From Pseudomonadota bacterium (GTDB lineage Bacteria; Pseudomonadota; Gammaproteobacteria; Xanthomonadales; Rhodanobacteraceae), in NCBI GenBank assembly GCA_029561145.1, contig JAKQJM010000115.1, forward strand, positions 2,162 to 66,161: 64,000 bases of DNA, written 5' to 3'. The position numbers and the translations under genes were made by a program. Of this stretch, positions 1 through 10,540 are shown one piece after another; positions within the stretch are counted from its first letter, which is position 1, and each line of letters opens with the position of its first letter. The notes below the pieces were generated by a model that saw only the letters and a list, made by a program, of their open reading frames with translations, was not told the origin of the DNA and ran no database searches.

Positions 1-749
1 CCAAGCAGGGCCAGGATCACGATGCGGCTGTTCTTGGTCATGAAGCTTTCGGTCAGTGGCGCCTTCGAGGTCCTGCCCTCGTTCTTCATCTGCTGGAACA
101 GCGGTGATTCGGCTAGCTGCAGGCGAATCCACACTGAAATCATCAGCAGGACGAACGAGAGCAGGAACGGAATGCGCCAGCCCCACGCCTCGAAATCGTC
201 CTTGCCGAAGTAGTAGCGGCAACCGAGGATGACGAGCAGGGAAAGGAACAGGCCGAGTGTCGCGGTGGTCTGGATGAAGCTCGTGTACAGGCCCCGCTTG
301 CCGTTCGGCGCGTGCTCGGCGACGTAGGTCGCTGCACCTCCGTATTCGCCGCCAAGGGCGAGGCCCTGCAACAACCGCAACGTGATGAGGATGATCGGCG
401 CGGCCACGCCGAGGGTTGCATAGTTGGGCAGGACGCCGACCAGGAAGGTCGAAAGACCCATGATCACGATTGTCACGAGGAAGGTGTACTTGCGCCCGAT
501 CATGTCGCCGAGGCGACCGAACAGCAGCGCGCCGAAAGGTCGTACGGCGAAGCCTGCGGCGAAGGCGAGCAGGGCGAAGATGAAGCCGCTGGTCGGATTC
601 AGTGCCGTGAAGAACTGCTTGGCGATGATTGCCGCGAGTGAGCCATAGAGGTAGAAGTCATACCACTCGAACACCGTGCCGAGGCTGGATGCGAAGATGA
701 CTTTCTTGTGACCCTGGGTGAGCGGTGCTGCGGTTGCCGGGTTTGCCAT
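1..749 (-). CDS. MFS transporter, MHS (metabolite:H+ symporter) family; 3' end runs off the window
   Basis: Manual translation from ATG at 749: MANPATAAPLTQGHKKVIFASSLGTVFEWYDFYLYG...RPFGALLFGRLGDMIGRK...QGLALGGEYGGA, all MHS signatures; directly downstream of the DcaP porin gene. Confidence 0.9.
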   Translation of the reverse strand, partial: MANPATAAPLTQGHKKVIFASSLGTVFEWYDFYLYGSLAAIIAKQFFTALNPTSGFIFALLAFAAGFAVRPFGALLFGRLGDMIGRKYTFLVTIVIMGLSTFLVGVLPNYATLGVAAPIILITLRLLQGLALGGEYGGAATYVAEHAPNGKRGLYTSFIQTTATLGLFLSLLVILGCRYYFGKDDFEAWGWRIPFLLSFVLLMISVWIRLQLAESPLFQQMKNEGRTSKAPLTESFMTKNSRIVILALL

Positions 750-762
750 GTTCGTATTCCCC

Positions 763-2112
763 TCAGAATGAGTACTTGGTCGTGAACTGCAGGCGGGTCA
801 GGGAGCCATCGACTCCGCTTTCGAGTTCACGATTGGCGCGCATCAATTCGACGCCGACATCGAGCTTGGGCATCGGTGAATAGAACAGGTTGATCCGGAA
901 ACTCTGCACGGACTCGTTGACGCCGGTTCCGGTCAGGTCGATCGGGTTGTCGTACTGGCTGCGTGCATAGATCAGGTTCGATCGCAGCTTCGGCGAGTAG
1001 ACGTGACGCCAGGCGACATAGCCCGCTGTGCCACCGATCGCATCGAGGTCGCCCGTCGAACTGAGCGCGGCATCGCCAGTGATGCCGAGACCGATGTAGC
1101 GGCTCACGCCATCGCCCGCGGTGAGCTGGTAGCGAAGGTCGTCGTGCTTGCCGAGCACCCATTTGCCACCGACCGTGAAGGCGAACGCGCCCTCGCTGTC
1201 GCTGATCTCCGATGCAGTGGCGGTTGCAGCGCGATCGATGTCGAGGCTGCGGAACAAGGCGCCGAGGCCGAAGCTGCCCCAGTCACCTTTCCAGCCGTAG
1301 CGCAGGGTCAGGTCGGGCAATGCGCCGCGATCCGACTGGATCGTGCCGCCACCGCCGTTCGGGATGATCGTGGTTTCGGGATTCTCGAGCGATGCCGAGA
1401 AACCGCCGCTCGTGTAGCGAATCTGCGACTGGCGCACGAACAGGACGCCGTCGGTCGGTCCGATGAAGTCGACCGAATCGGGAAGCGCCGCGGTATCCAT
1501 GAAGTTCGACCAGGTCTGGCCTGCCAGCCAGTTGTTCCAGTAGGCATAGGCGTGGCGGACGGTTACGCCGTAGGTATTGGTCGCGACCTGGGTGCCGAGC
1601 GCGTTGCCGAAGAAATCCATCTCGACGAAGGCGCCAGCCTTGTCGCCGCCATCGGTGATCGTGTCGACACCGATGTTGAAGCGCGAGAATTTGGCGTGTG
1701 CATCGTAGTCGACGTCGGAGCTCTCGCCGCCCACCGGAGTCTGGCCTGGCACGTACAGGGCACGCCCGACGGCGCCATCGGCAAGCTGGCCGTCGCTGGC
1801 CTTGGTTGCCATGAAATCGGCCTTGATGAAACCGCCGATCTTGACCGTGGTCCCGCTGGGCGATCCCGGCGTCAGCGTGGTCAACTGGATCGGCAGCTTG
1901 CCTGCAGGCAAGGCCGGCGCGGCGGCGACCGGGGCCGCTTCGCGTTGCGCGCGGATTTCCGCGGCGAGGCTCTGCAACTGTTTCTCGAGGTCGTTGATGC
2001 GTTGTTCGAGCGCCTGCTCGCGTGCTTCGTTTGCCATGGCGATGCCCGGCATGGCCATGAGACAAGCCAGTGAAAGCGCAGACAGGCGCAGTCCGGTGAA
2101 CTTCTTGATCAT
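763..2112 (-). CDS. dcaP: DcaP-family trimeric outer-membrane porin
   Basis: Signal peptide, coiled-coil N-terminus (LEQRINDLEKQLQSL), GGFIKAD, beta-strand pattern, C-terminal aromatic (KYSF); start moved to MIKKF behind a GGAG RBS. Confidence 0.8.
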   Translation of the reverse strand: MIKKFTGLRLSALSLACLMAMPGIAMANEAREQALEQRINDLEKQLQSLAAEIRAQREAAPVAAAPALPAGKLPIQLTTLTPGSPSGTTVKIGGFIKADFMATKASDGQLADGAVGRALYVPGQTPVGGESSDVDYDAHAKFSRFNIGVDTITDGGDKAGAFVEMDFFGNALGTQVATNTYGVTVRHAYAYWNNWLAGQTWSNFMDTAALPDSVDFIGPTDGVLFVRQSQIRYTSGGFSASLENPETTIIPNGGGGTIQSDRGALPDLTLRYGWKGDWGSFGLGALFRSLDIDRAATATASEISDSEGAFAFTVGGKWVLGKHDDLRYQLTAGDGVSRYIGLGITGDAALSSTGDLDAIGGTAGYVAWRHVYSPKLRSNLIYARSQYDNPIDLTGTGVNESVQSFRINLFYSPMPKLDVGVELMRANRELESGVDGSLTRLQFTTKYSF

Positions 2113-2172
2113 GATGACACTCCTCCCCTTGGTGGCGTGCCGAGCATGGGCAAGCATCCGTTCAGCCACCAT

Positions 2173-2203
2173 TAGCCATTGGTCTATACGAGACCAAAGT
2201 CGC
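2173..2203. promoter_or_regulatory. Two imperfect inverted repeats, candidate CrbR operators, between divergent dcaP and acs
   Basis: TAGAC-CAAT-GGCTA on minus (2173-2186) and GAGAC-CAAA-GTCGC on plus (2190-2203). Confidence 0.5.
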
Positions 2204-2275
2204 GCGTCGTGCCACCGGGAGGATTGCGCGTGGCATTATCAGGTGCATTGCAGCATTTGAAGTCTGGAGGTTCCC

Positions 2276-4219
2276 ATGTCGCAGTTGCATCCCGTCCCTG
2301 CTGGATTTGCCGCCAAGGCGCGAATCGACAAGGCAGGTTATGCCCGGCTGTATGCCGATTCGATTGCAGATCCAGCGAAATTCTGGGGTGAAGTCGGCAA
2401 GCGTCTCGACTGGATGACCCCTTATACGAAGGTCAAGGATGTCTCGTTCGACCCCCGCGACCTGCACATCCGCTGGTACGAGGATGGTGCGCTCAACGTG
2501 TCGGCGAATTGTCTGGACCGCCACCTGGCCACGCGCGGCGACAAGACCGCGATCATCTGGGAAGGGGACGATCCGGCGGAATCGCGCCGCATCAGCTACA
2601 AGGAGCTGCATGCCGATGTCTGTCGTGCGGCGAACCTGCTGACCAAGCTCGGGGTGGTCAAGGGTGATCGCGTGGCGATCTACCTGCCGATGATCCCCGA
2701 GGCAGCCGTGGCCATGCTCGCATGCGCGCGCATCGGTGCGATCCACATGATCGTGTTCGGTGGCTTCTCGCCGGATTCGCTGGCCAGCCGCATCGCAGAC
2801 AGCCAGTGCAAACTCGTGATAACCGCCGATGAAGGGCTGCGCGGCGGCAAGCATGTGGCGCTGAAGACCAATGTCGATGCGGCGCTCGAACGACCGAATA
2901 CGAACAGCGTCGAGACCGTGCTGGTGGTCCGTCGTACCGGCAGTCCGGTCGACATGCAGGTGCCGCGCGACCGCTGGTGGCACACGCTGATCGACGGGCA
3001 ATCCACCCGGCACGATCCGCTGCCGTGCGAGGCCGAGCATCCGCTGTTCATTCTCTACACATCGGGTTCCACCGGCGCACCGAAAGGCGTCCTGCATACG
3101 ACCGGCGGCTATCTCGTGCACGCCAGCTATACGCATGAGTGCGTCTTCGACCTGCGCGAAGACGACGTCTACTGGTGCACGGCCGATGTCGGCTGGGTGA
3201 CCGGGCACAGCTATCTCGTCTACGGTCCACTCGCCAACGGTGCGACCACGGTGATGTTCGAAGGCGTGCCGAATCATCCGGACAGCTCGCGTTTCTGGCA
3301 GGTTGTCGACAAGCACAAGGTGACGATCTTCTATACCGCGCCGACCGCGATCCGCGCGCTGATGCGCGAAGGAGAGGCGCCGGTCAAGAAGACCTCGCGT
3401 GCGAGCATTCGCCTGCTCGGCTCGGTCGGTGAACCGATCAATCCGGAAGCCTGGGAGTGGTACTTCCGCGTCGTCGGTGAAAATCGCTGCCCGATCGTGG
3501 ACACCTGGTGGCAGACCGAAACCGGCGGCATCCTGATCTCGCCCTTGCCTGGCGCAACCGATCTCAAGCCGGGCTCCGCCTGCATGCCCTTCTTCGGCGT
3601 GCGGCCGGCGATCGTCGATGCGAACGGCAACGTGCTCGAAGGCGCCACCGAGGGCAACCTGATCCTGACCGATTCGTGGCCGGGTCAGATGCGCACCGTG
3701 TATGGCGATCATCAGCGTTTCATCGACACCTACTTCCGCACCTATCCGGGGAACTACTTCACTGGCGACGGCGTGCGTCGCGACGAGGACGGCTACTACT
3801 GGATCACCGGGCGCGTCGATGACGTCATCAACGTATCCGGGCATCGACTTGGAACAGCCGAGGTCGAGAGTGCCCTCGTGGCGCATCCGAACGTCGCCGA
3901 GGCGGCCGTGGTCGGCTGCGCTCACGACATCAAGGGCCAGGGCATCTATGCCTATGTCACCCTCAAGGTGGGCGTGGAGCAAACCGAGGGCCTGCGCAAG
4001 GAACTGATCGCATGGGTGCGCAAGGAGATCGGGCCGATCGCGACGCCGGACTACCTGCAATGGGCGCCGGGATTGCCGAAGACGCGATCGGGCAAGATCA
4101 TGCGCCGCATCCTGCGCAAGATCGCCGAGAACGCGCCCGATCAACTCGGTGATACCTCGACCCTGGCGGATCCGTCGGTGGTCAGGAGTCTCGTCGACGA
4201 GCGCATGATCCGCGAGTAG
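2276..4219 (+). CDS. acs: Acetyl-CoA synthetase (AMP-forming)
   Basis: [14 protein letters not shown]-binding loop, [22 protein letters not shown] with the acetylation-site Lys. Confidence 0.98.
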   Translation: MSQLHPVPAGFAAKARIDKAGYARLYADSIADPAKFWGEVGKRLDWMTPYTKVKDVSFDPRDLHIRWYEDGALNVSANCLDRHLATRGDKTAIIWEGDDPAESRRISYKELHADVCRAANLLTKLGVVKGDRVAIYLPMIPEAAVAMLACARIGAIHMIVFGGFSPDSLASRIADSQCKLVITADEGLRGGKHVALKTNVDAALERPNTNSVETVLVVRRTGSPVDMQVPRDRWWHTLIDGQSTRHDPLPCEAEHPLFILYTSGSTGAPKGVLHTTGGYLVHASYTHECVFDLREDDVYWCTADVGWVTGHSYLVYGPLANGATTVMFEGVPNHPDSSRFWQVVDKHKVTIFYTAPTAIRALMREGEAPVKKTSRASIRLLGSVGEPINPEAWEWYFRVVGENRCPIVDTWWQTETGGILISPLPGATDLKPGSACMPFFGVRPAIVDANGNVLEGATEGNLILTDSWPGQMRTVYGDHQRFIDTYFRTYPGNYFTGDGVRRDEDGYYWITGRVDDVINVSGHRLGTAEVESALVAHPNVAEAAVVGCAHDIKGQGIYAYVTLKVGVEQTEGLRKELIAWVRKEIGPIATPDYLQWAPGLPKTRSGKIMRRILRKIAENAPDQLGDTSTLADPSVVRSLVDERMIRE

Positions 4220-4290
4220 AAGATGTCCGTCAGCATGCAGCGATCGCAGAGTAGTTTAGCGTCGACATCCGACTCGGCGAGGAGGGCATC

Positions 4291-4974
4291 GTGCCTGAAA
4301 TCCTGATCGCCGATGATCATCCGCTGTTCCGTGACGCCTTGAGTCGTGCCGCGGCACAGGCGATTCCGACGGCCAACCTGCTGCAGGCCGACAGCGTGCC
4401 GGCCTTGTTGGCCCTGGTCGACGCGCATCCCGACGCCGACCTGCTCCTGCTCGACCTGCACATGCCGGGTGCGCGCGGTTTCTCGGCATTGGCGCACCTG
4501 CGTGGCCAGTGGCCCCAGCTTCCGGTCATCATCGTTTCTGCGCACGAGGAAACCGACGTGGCGCGGCGCGCGCTCGCGCATGGTGCGGCTGGATACATAC
4601 CGAAATCGCTCGCCGGCGAGAGCATCGTCAGTGCAATCCGCGCAGTACTCGACGGCGAGATCTGGCTGCCTTCGCGGATGGCTGGCGCCAGTGGTGAACT
4701 GCGCGATGCCGAAGCCGAGGCCGCGGCCCGCATCGCCGAGCTGACGCCGCACCAGTTCCGCGTGCTGACCATGCTGGCGGATGGCCTGTTGAACAAGCAG
4801 ATCGCGTACGAACTGGGTGTTTCCGAGGCGACGATCAAGGCGCACATGACTGCGATCATGCGCAAACTGGGTTGCAACAACCGCACCCAGGTCGCGTTGG
4901 CGGCAAGCCAGCTCGCGCTCGATCCGGATGCGTTCTCGCCCGGTGGAGCACATCCGGCGTCTGCTGCCGGTTGA
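4291..4974 (+). CDS. crbR: LuxR/NarL-family response regulator (CrbR/ErdR-like)
   Basis: REC (IADDHPLFR, DLHMPG) plus LuxR HTH (LTPHQFRVL...LLNKQIAYELGVSEATIKAHMTAI); adjacent to acs and a CrbS-type kinase. Confidence 0.85.
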   Translation: MPEILIADDHPLFRDALSRAAAQAIPTANLLQADSVPALLALVDAHPDADLLLLDLHMPGARGFSALAHLRGQWPQLPVIIVSAHEETDVARRALAHGAAGYIPKSLAGESIVSAIRAVLDGEIWLPSRMAGASGELRDAEAEAAARIAELTPHQFRVLTMLADGLLNKQIAYELGVSEATIKAHMTAIMRKLGCNNRTQVALAASQLALDPDAFSPGGAHPASAAG

Positions 4975-5053
4975 AAGTCAGCGGGGACCTCCGATCACGC
5001 GTTAGTGGCGCATCGATCCGCTGCCGGCACAGCCACAGCAGTGTCGCGCCGGA

Positions 5054-8000
5054 TCAGTCGATGCGCGCCGGAGCGGCTTCCATGCCGATGTCGGCAGCCG
5101 TGTTCACGGAGGGGTGCGCGAGGCTCGTGCGGGAGCGGCGCGAATAGGCCGAGAGCAGGGCGCGCAGCGCCGCAGGGCGAACCGGCTTGAGCAGCACGGT
5201 CAGGCCAATCGATTTGGCGCGCTGCTTGAGTTCTGGACTTGCGTCTGCGGTGATCAGGGCGGCGCGCGGCGCCGGATCGCAGTGGCCCAGCAGTTCGCCG
5301 AGAACCTCGATGCCATCGGGACCGCTGCCGAGGTGAAGATCGACGAGGATCAGATCGGGCTTGCGCCGGAGCAGTGCCTGCAGCGCTTCTTCCCGATTCG
5401 CTGCCAGGTCACAGCTCAGCCCCCAGCGCGTCAGCAGGGATGACATGCCTTCGAGGATGCTCGGCTCGTTGTCCAGGCACAGCACATGCAGCGCGCGCAA
5501 CTCACCGGCGAGAGCGGTGCTTCGTGGCGGGGTGAATTCATCGCGGTTGCGCATGCGCACGCGCGGAACCTGGATCGCGAAGCAACTGCCGTGATCGGGC
5601 CAGGAGCGCACGCGCAACGGGTGGCCGAGGATGCGCGCGATGCGCTCGCAGATCGACAGGCCCAGGCCCAGCCCCTGTTCACCCCAGGGCGAGGCGCCAT
5701 CGACGCGATGGAACTCGTCGAAAATCTGCTGCAGTTGCTCGTGCGCGATTCCCAGTCCCGTGTCCCAGAGCTCGATGCGCACATCGTCGCCTTCATGACG
5801 TACGCCAAGGACGACCCGTCCCGTGCGCGTGTAGCGCAGCGCGTTGGTACAGAAGTTCTGCAGGATGCGGCGGAGCAGGTGGGGATCGCTGCGGATCACC
5901 GCGCGACTCGGGATGACGCGGAAGTCCAGCCCGCGCCGTCTTGCCAGCAGCGAGAATTGCTGGACCAGCGGTTCGATCAGGTCGGCGATGGCGATCTCGC
6001 TGATCTCGGGCAGGTACTTTCCGGCATCGAGGCGCGAGCTCTCGAGCAGCGATTCGAGCAGGTCCTCGGCGACGCGGAATGCAGTATCGATGCGCTCGGC
6101 CAGCTGCGCGGATTCCGCATCGAGGTTCGGCTGGTGGCGCAGTGCCGAAGTGAACAGGCGCGCCGCGTTGAGCGGTTGCAGCAGGTCATGGCTCGCCGCT
6201 GCGAGGAATCGGGATTTGGACAGGTTGGCCGATTGCGCTTCGAGCTTGGCCTGTTCCTGGGCGTCGAGCGCCTCGGTCAATTCGACGGTGCGTTGCGTGA
6301 CGCGCTGTTCGAGCGTCTCGTTGGCGTTGATCAGGGCCAGCTCGACTTTCTTGTAGTCACTGACATCGGTGAATGTCGTGACGAACCCGCCGCCGGGCAG
6401 CTGCTGTCCGCGCATCTCGAGCACGCTGCCATCGGCACGCTCGCGCTGGAACACGTGCGCCGTGCCGGCGCGCATGTGACGCAGGCGCTTGATCACATGC
6501 TCGTCCACTTCGCCCGGACCGCATTCACCGCGCTCGGCGTTGTAGCGGATCAGGTCGGCGATCGGCCGACCGACATAGACCAGCCCGTCCGGATAGTCGA
6601 ACATCTCTAGATAGCGCCGGTTCCACGAAACCATGCGCATCTCGGCATCGACGACGCTGATGCCCTGCGAAATGTTTTCCAGGGTCGTGGAAAGCAGTTC
6701 GCGATTGAAGCGCAGTTCCTGCGACGCTTCGTCGAGCAAGGCGACCGCTTCGCTGAAATCGAGGCCGGTACCGCGCAGCGCCGTGGTCAACATGCGTCTC
6801 GCCGAGGCCGAACCGATCGCCGCCGCGAGCAGGCGCTCGGTGTACTGGAGCATCGCGCGATCCGCTGCGGCGCTCTCGTCAAGCGTGCTTCCGACGCTCG
6901 TTGCGTATTCCTGGAAAGCATTGCCCGCATTCTGCTCGCCGAGAATCCGCCCGGTGATCACGCGCAGATCGGCAATGCTGACACGTCCGCGCCATTCGCC
7001 TGCCGCGGCCGAGCCCCGATCGGGTCCGGCGTCGAGGAAGCTTGCGGCACGCAGGCGTTCCTCGACACTGGGACGGAATCGCAACGAGACGAAAACGCAG
7101 GCGCCGATATTCGCGAGCAGCGACCAGAACGTGCCATGCGTGATCGGATCCCAGCCGCTCAGGTTGAAGAGCGCGCGCGGGCGCAACCATGCCTGGCCGA
7201 ACAGGCCATGGTCCACCCATGTCGCGTCGACCCACGCTGCGGTGGCCATGCTCGGCAGGAGCAGGGTGTAGATCCACAAGGCAAAGCCGATCACCAGTCC
7301 ACTGAGGATTCCGCGCCGGCTCGCACCGCGCCAGTAGAGTCCGGCAATGATCGCGGGCGCGAACTGGGCGACGGCGGCGAATGCGAGCAGGCCGATCGCG
7401 GCCAGCCCCTGGGATTGCGAGATCGCGCGGTAGTAGGCGAACGCCATCAGTGCAAGCATGACGATCGCGACGCGGCGGATGCGCAGCACGATCGCCGAGA
7501 CATCGTTGCGCTGGTCGAGCTTGAGTGCGCGCACGCGCAACAGGGCAGGCATGACAAGATCGTTCGAAATCATCGTCGCCAATGCCACGGACGCGACGAT
7601 GACCATGCCGGTCGCGGCGGAAAAACCCCCGACGTAGGCAAGAATGGCGAGACCATTGTCGGCGTGCGACAGCGGCAGCCAGAGCAGCAGCGCATCCGGG
7701 CTGATACCGGCGCCAGCGGCGGCTTCGCGACCTGCATCGACGATCGGCAGGACCAGCACGCAGATGATTGCCAGGTAGACCGGAAACAGGAACCGGCTCT
7801 TCGGAACATCGGCCGGATCCTCGCATTCGACTACACCGACCTGGAACTGCCGGGGCAGGCAGAACATCGCGGTGAAGGCGAGCAGGGTTTGCGCGAAGAA
7901 ACCTGAAGGCAGGCCATCGCGGGCGATCTCGGCAAAAATGCCGATCCTGCCCGGAGTGTCGGCCGTCGGCATGTTCAGTGCGTAGAGACCTACAGCCACG

Positions 8001-8617
8001 AAGGCGACCAGCTTCATCACCGACTCGGCCGCAATGGCCAGCATCAAGCCATGGTGGTGCTCGGTGGCATCGATTCGCCGCGTTCCGAACAGGATCGCGA
8101 ACAGGGCCAGCATGATCGCCACATAGAGGGCTGAATCGTTCAGCAGTGGAACGTGTTCGCGCAATGACTGGCCACCGCTGAGGATACCGACGCTGAGCGC
8201 AACCGCCTTGAACTGCAGGGCGATGTACGGGATCGCCGCGGTCACTGCAATGATCGTGACCAGTGCGCCGAGCGCATGCGACTTGCCGAACCGCGAGCCG
8301 ATGAAATCCGCGATCGAAGTGATGTTGTTGGCTTTCGCGACCCGGATCAATCGTTGCAGCAGTCCGCTGCCGAAAACGAACAGCAGGATCGGACCCAGAT
8401 AGATCGGCAGGAACGAAAGGCTCGATTGCGCGGCACTGCCGACCGCGCCGTAGAAAGTCCATGACGAGCAGTACACGGCCAGCGCAAGGCTGTAGACGAC
8501 GGGCCTCAGGGCGGGCCGTGTCGGGTAGAGCGGTCGCGAGTCGCCGAAATACGCGATGCCGAACAACATGGCCACGTAGGCCAGCGAAACCAGCATCAGG
8601 ACCCAGCCTGCAATCAC
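5054..8617 (-). CDS. crbS: Hybrid sensor kinase with SLC5/SSS transporter, STAC, PAS, HisKA/HATPase and REC domains (CrbS/MxtR-like)
   Basis: Multi-TM SSS domain (SLAVYCSSWTFYGAVG), STAC ([14 protein letters not shown]), SHDLLQPLNA H-box, GLGLGL G-box, C-terminal REC; GTG start inferred. Confidence 0.9.
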   Translation of the reverse strand: MIAGWVLMLVSLAYVAMLFGIAYFGDSRPLYPTRPALRPVVYSLALAVYCSSWTFYGAVGSAAQSSLSFLPIYLGPILLFVFGSGLLQRLIRVAKANNITSIADFIGSRFGKSHALGALVTIIAVTAAIPYIALQFKAVALSVGILSGGQSLREHVPLLNDSALYVAIMLALFAILFGTRRIDATEHHHGLMLAIAAESVMKLVAFVAVGLYALNMPTADTPGRIGIFAEIARDGLPSGFFAQTLLAFTAMFCLPRQFQVGVVECEDPADVPKSRFLFPVYLAIICVLVLPIVDAGREAAAGAGISPDALLLWLPLSHADNGLAILAYVGGFSAATGMVIVASVALATMISNDLVMPALLRVRALKLDQRNDVSAIVLRIRRVAIVMLALMAFAYYRAISQSQGLAAIGLLAFAAVAQFAPAIIAGLYWRGASRRGILSGLVIGFALWIYTLLLPSMATAAWVDATWVDHGLFGQAWLRPRALFNLSGWDPITHGTFWSLLANIGACVFVSLRFRPSVEERLRAASFLDAGPDRGSAAAGEWRGRVSIADLRVITGRILGEQNAGNAFQEYATSVGSTLDESAAADRAMLQYTERLLAAAIGSASARRMLTTALRGTGLDFSEAVALLDEASQELRFNRELLSTTLENISQGISVVDAEMRMVSWNRRYLEMFDYPDGLVYVGRPIADLIRYNAERGECGPGEVDEHVIKRLRHMRAGTAHVFQRERADGSVLEMRGQQLPGGGFVTTFTDVSDYKKVELALINANETLEQRVTQRTVELTEALDAQEQAKLEAQSANLSKSRFLAAASHDLLQPLNAARLFTSALRHQPNLDAESAQLAERIDTAFRVAEDLLESLLESSRLDAGKYLPEISEIAIADLIEPLVQQFSLLARRRGLDFRVIPSRAVIRSDPHLLRRILQNFCTNALRYTRTGRVVLGVRHEGDDVRIELWDTGLGIAHEQLQQIFDEFHRVDGASPWGEQGLGLGLSICERIARILGHPLRVRSWPDHGSCFAIQVPRVRMRNRDEFTPPRSTALAGELRALHVLCLDNEPSILEGMSSLLTRWGLSCDLAANREEALQALLRRKPDLILVDLHLGSGPDGIEVLGELLGHCDPAPRAALITADASPELKQRAKSIGLTVLLKPVRPAALRALLSAYSRRSRTSLAHPSVNTAADIGMEAAPARID

Positions 8618-8732
8618 TCGCGTGCTCCCGCCGCGCGATCTGCGCGACCCGCGCACAGACTCGACCGGGAGGCGCCCGAGGTCAAGCCTCGCTGCGCCTG
8701 ATTGGCCCTGGCTCCCGGTCTTGGACGGAGCG

Positions 8733-8876
8733 CTCTCCTTCCTGCCCAGGGCGGGACGTGGCCTGGATGGCTGGATGAGGGGATGAGCGAAGCGCGGGAA
8801 TGAACCGTTGCTCCGAATCTCACCCGCATGCTCCGCCAGGGCCCTCAGCCCAATTCCTCTGCCAGTGGGAGAGGGC
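8733..8876. repeat. Degenerate inverted pair of REP-like GC-rich palindromic elements
   Basis: 8733-8782 ends GGATGAGGGG; 8841-8876 reads GCCCTCAGCCCAATTCCTCTGCCAGTGGGAGAGGGC, resembling the CCCTCACCCCAACCCTCTCCC..GGGAGAGGG intergenic repeat type. Confidence 0.45.
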
Positions 8877-8961
8877 TTTGCAGCGGCGGAAAGTCAGCTT
8901 GTTGATGCGGCCCGCAAACCGCTTGAAAGCCGTTCAGGGCAAACGGCATCCACGGGCCGGA

Positions 8962-9705
8962 TCAATGCGCCGGTTTCGATTTGTCGTCCGCGACGCGGGC
9001 CACCAGAGATGCCGTCGTGTCGCCCTTGCGGCGGACCTGCGCGATCTGGGTGCCGTGCACGATGAAGTAGATGTTCTCGGCGATATTGGTCGCGTGGTCC
9101 CCGATGCGCTCGATGTTCTTGGCCATGAAAAGCAGATGCGTGCATGCCGTGATGTTGCGCGGGTCTTCCATCATGTAGGTCAGGAGCTCGCGGAACATGC
9201 CGGTGTACAGGCCGTCGAGTTCCTCGTCGCGTGCCCAGGCGAGCAGGGCGCGATCGGCATCGCGGTCGCGGTAGGCGATCAGGACTTCACTGATGATCTC
9301 GCCGGCCAGCTTGGCGAGGCGCGGCAGGCTGAACACCGGGCGCACGAGCTCGACGCGGTTCAACGCGATCGCGCGCTTGGCGACGTTGGCGGCGTAGTCG
9401 CCGATGCGTTCGATATCCGATGAGATGCGCAGGGCGGCAAGTACTTCGCGCAGGTCGCGTGCCATCGGCTGGCGCAGGGCGAGCAGGCGGACGACATCCT
9501 GACTGACTTCGTGTTCGAGGTTGTCGACCTCCTTGTCGCTGGCGACGATGCGCTCGGCGGCATCGCTGTCGCGCTCGACCACGGCGGCGATCGCCGCTTC
9601 GAGTTCATTCAGGGCAAGATCGCCCATGCGCTGGATCTCGCTGGTCAGGCGTGCCAGTTCCTCGTCGTAGCTTTTCACGATATGTTCGCCGAGTTGGTTG
9701 GTCAT
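8962..9705 (-). CDS. phoU: Phosphate signalling complex protein PhoU
   Basis: Two repeats ending SSDIERIGDYAANVAK and KNIERIGDHATNIAE; follows pstB. Confidence 0.97.
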   Translation of the reverse strand: MTNQLGEHIVKSYDEELARLTSEIQRMGDLALNELEAAIAAVVERDSDAAERIVASDKEVDNLEHEVSQDVVRLLALRQPMARDLREVLAALRISSDIERIGDYAANVAKRAIALNRVELVRPVFSLPRLAKLAGEIISEVLIAYRDRDADRALLAWARDEELDGLYTGMFRELLTYMMEDPRNITACTHLLFMAKNIERIGDHATNIAENIYFIVHGTQIAQVRRKGDTTASLVARVADDKSKPAH

Positions 9706-9715
9706 GGGGAATTCC

Positions 9716-10540
9716 TTAGCCGAAGCGGCCGGTGATGTAGTCCTCGGTCTGCTGCTTCGTGGGTTGCGTGAAGAGCTTTTCGGTTTCACCGAACTCGACC
9801 AGCTCTCCCAGATACATGAAGGCAGTGAAATCCGAACAGCGTGCGGCCTGCTGCATGTTGTGGGTGACGATCGCGATGGTGAAATCCTCGGTGAGTTCGG
9901 CGATCAGCTGTTCGATCTTGCCGGTCGCGATCGGATCGAGTGCGGAGGTCGGTTCATCGAGCAGCAGCACTTCCGGCTTGAGCGCAACCGCGCGTGCGAT
10001 GCACAGGCGCTGCTGTTGTCCGCCGGAAAGCCCGAGCGCGCTCTGCTTGAGCTTGTCCTTGACTTCATCCCAGAGCGCGCCCTGGCGCAGCGCCTGCTCC
10101 ACGCGCGCATCCATGTCGGGCTTCTTGAGCTTTTCGTAATGGCGTATCGCATACGCGATATTCTCGTAGATCGACATCGGGAACGGCACGGGCTTCTGGA
10201 AGACCATGCCGACCTTGCCGCGCAAGCGATTGAGCGAATACTTCGGATCGAGGATGTTCTCGCCGTCGAGGATGATTTCGCCAGCGGCTTCCTGTTTCGG
10301 GTAGATCGCGTAGATGCGATTGAAGATGCGCAGCAAGGTCGATTTACCGCAGCCCGAGGGGCCGATCAACGCAGTGACGCGCTTCTCGGCGATATCGAAA
10401 CTCACATCCTTCAGCGCGTGGAAGCGGTCGTAGTGGAAGTTGACGTGCTTCGCGCTCATCTTCGGCGTCGTGGCCAGCGCGGACTTGCGACCACTCGCGG
10501 CTACCACCGGGGCCGACATGGAAAAATTGAGGTCAGTCAT
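9716..10540 (-). CDS. pstB: Phosphate ABC transporter ATPase
   Basis: GPSGCGKST Walker [34 protein letters not shown]. Confidence 0.98.
   Translation of the reverse strand: MTDLNFSMSAPVVAASGRKSALATTPKMSAKHVNFHYDRFHALKDVSFDIAEKRVTALIGPSGCGKSTLLRIFNRIYAIYPKQEAAGEIILDGENILDPKYSLNRLRGKVGMVFQKPVPFPMSIYENIAYAIRHYEKLKKPDMDARVEQALRQGALWDEVKDKLKQSALGLSGGQQQRLCIARAVALKPEVLLLDEPTSALDPIATGKIEQLIAELTEDFTIAIVTHNMQQAARCSDFTAFMYLGELVEFGETEKLFTQPTKQQTEDYITGRFG

Noticed and set aside
2231-2247. Sigma-54 promoter upstream of acs (TGGCAT...TGC)
   Set aside because: GG-to-GC spacing is one base too long for the strict -24/-12 geometry
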